A DNA stretch of 55,322 bases, the filler included, from Squatina squatina (lineage: Eukaryota), in NCBI GenBank assembly GCA_031763465.1. It is 3 parts of 3 records of this genome, joined end to end, with 100 filler letters (N's around TTAATTAATTAA, not from the genome) between each part and the next. Parts side by side here need not be neighbours in the genome. Positions count along the whole stretch, not along the records: positions 41,139 to 55,322 come from JARFOE010000192.1; 2 more parts are not named here. One strand, written 5' to 3'. How positions within the stretch are numbered: position 1 is the stretch's first letter; each line of letters begins with the position of its first letter. Below are positions 53,848 to 55,322 of the stretch, piece after piece. Made by a program: the position numbers and the translations under genes. The notes beneath the pieces were generated by a model. That model was not told where the DNA came from and made no database searches. It saw nothing but the letters and a program-made list of their open reading frames with translations.

Positions 53848-54994
53848 GTAAATAAGATAGATGAGTGTTGAGTGCTGTGTGTGAAAGGCCTGGATCATTG
53901 TTTGCACTTGCAGAAATAATATTGTAGACCTTGCAGTGTAATGTTTGCGAGATGTTAGCTCCAAATTAGTTATTTCAGACACATATATGTTTGCTTCCAA
54001 CACACATAGGAACCAATACACCATACCACCCCTACCTTCAGAGCTGTTATCATCTCAGAAGTTTGCGGACTGAGATGGAATATATTAAAATAGATTGCAT
54101 TTTTATACCAAAGCTGAGTGGGGCCTAAATTCACCATTGTTGTGCCTGTTTTCCAGGTGTGAAACATATGCAAAGAAAACCAAATTAGCTGATCTGAACG
54201 GGCATTCAGGCCACTGCTAAATTGGTCAGAATATTTTTTAGCAGCCCTGGTGGCTGCCTAAAATGGACGCAAGCTTCGTATATTGAAATGAGGCCCCCGT
54301 CTCCATTTCAGACCTGGACTGTTAAATTTGTTTACCTCAATTGGAGCTTGCGATCCAGACTTATCAGTGGGCCNNNNNNNNNNNNNNNNNNNNNNNNNNN
54401 NNNNNNNNNNNNNNNNNNNNNNNNNNNNNNNNNNNNNNNNNNNNNNNNNNNNNNNNNNNNNNNNNNNNNNNNNAACTTATCTAGTACTTTTATGCACAAA
54501 TTTCAGTTTTGCTTTGGTCTCTATATATGATCATATCATGAGTGAAGATATATGATTTTGCAAAGTTAGTCTTAGAATGGTTCAGCAGATGAGGCCATGT
54601 ATATTAAGAGCAGCTGAAGTCTAAAGTGAAATTGACCAAACGCTGTTAAAATATCATTTTATGAAAACAGCATTGTGAGAAAAATGTACTTATTTTGTCT
54701 GTGCTGAATTTTTTGTGATGTGTGCTAGAAACAACATGTAAGGGCTTAGCACCCACTGTCTCACAAAGGATTTCTCAACAGAAAAAGGCACATGCCGGAT
54801 TGTAGAGAAAATAAGGATCACTTGCATGACTGCACCTGAGAAAATATCTCGCATAAAAACCTAAGGCATGATAATTACAAACGGACCCTACCAAACCATG
54901 AGCTGAACACTAAATTATAATGTTAGTTTATGTTTTTAGATAAAACAGTAGGATGAAAACATATTCCTCACATCTTACTTTGAACTTGTCACAG

Positions 54995-55129
54995 TTATGG
55001 AGTCCTGTGCAGTCTTAAAGAGTGCAGGCATTCTAGAGTCTGGGGTCTTCACCATAGATCCTGATGGTGTGGACGGTGGAGTAGATCCTTTCCCTGTGGA
55101 ATGTGATATGGTGTCTGATTGTGCAACAG
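54995..55129 (+). CDS. Exon encoding the start of a fibrinogen-like (CNTNAP/COLFI-type) domain, probably of the same mosaic gene; absent from the ORF track
   Basis: cttgtcacAG|TT ATG GAG... translates xMESCAVLKSAGILESGVFTIDPDGVDGGVDPFPVECDMVSDCAT(G), matching SC......G...SG.Y.IDPDG....PF.V.CDM. Donor G|gttagt at 55130. 135 bp, phase 1-1. Confidence 0.85.
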
Positions 55130-55322
55130 GTTAGTAGTCCATAGTGACCAGTTTTTATTTAATATTTTTAACTTTTGGCGGCAAGCATGTGGAGCATTCT
55201 TCAACAAAAGCATATCTTCTGTGTTTCATAAATTTTATTTAAAAGTTGTTATGCCTTGTTGAAGTGGTAAGTAGGAAACTACTCTTAGCATAGAATGAGT
55301 TTGGTGATCAGGTTAATTTTGC

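Noticed and set aside
54147-54225. Acceptor-like ttttccAG as the second SRCR exon
   Set aside because: The required frame stops after about 20 codons and has no SRCR motifs.

Overview
Gap-riddled vertebrate genomic scaffold, most likely a shark or other cartilaginous fish, judged from HER1/CR1 LINE tails and SacSINE1-type Deu-SINEs. It is not prokaryotic. Short contigs are joined by 100-N spacers, two carrying an artificial TTAATTAATTAA linker, so many neighbours may be unrelated. Most of the window is non-coding and repeat-derived: CR1/HER1, L2 and RTE LINE fragments, a decayed Harbinger transposase, MITEs, SINEs and a 16-bp minisatellite. Coding content is three isolated exons (PIGZ on -, SLK-like on +, MAP7-family on -) and, at 47992-55129 (+), a multi-exon gene for an extracellular mosaic protein I do not recognise as characterised: TSG-6-like Link module, roughly 1000-aa Ser/Thr-rich stalk, CUB, SRCR, then a fibrinogen/CNTNAP-like domain. 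This gene lies antisense inside an intron of the MAP7-family gene, and one of its splice acceptors is built on a LINE tail. Repeat family names and protein identities are recalled, not from database searches.
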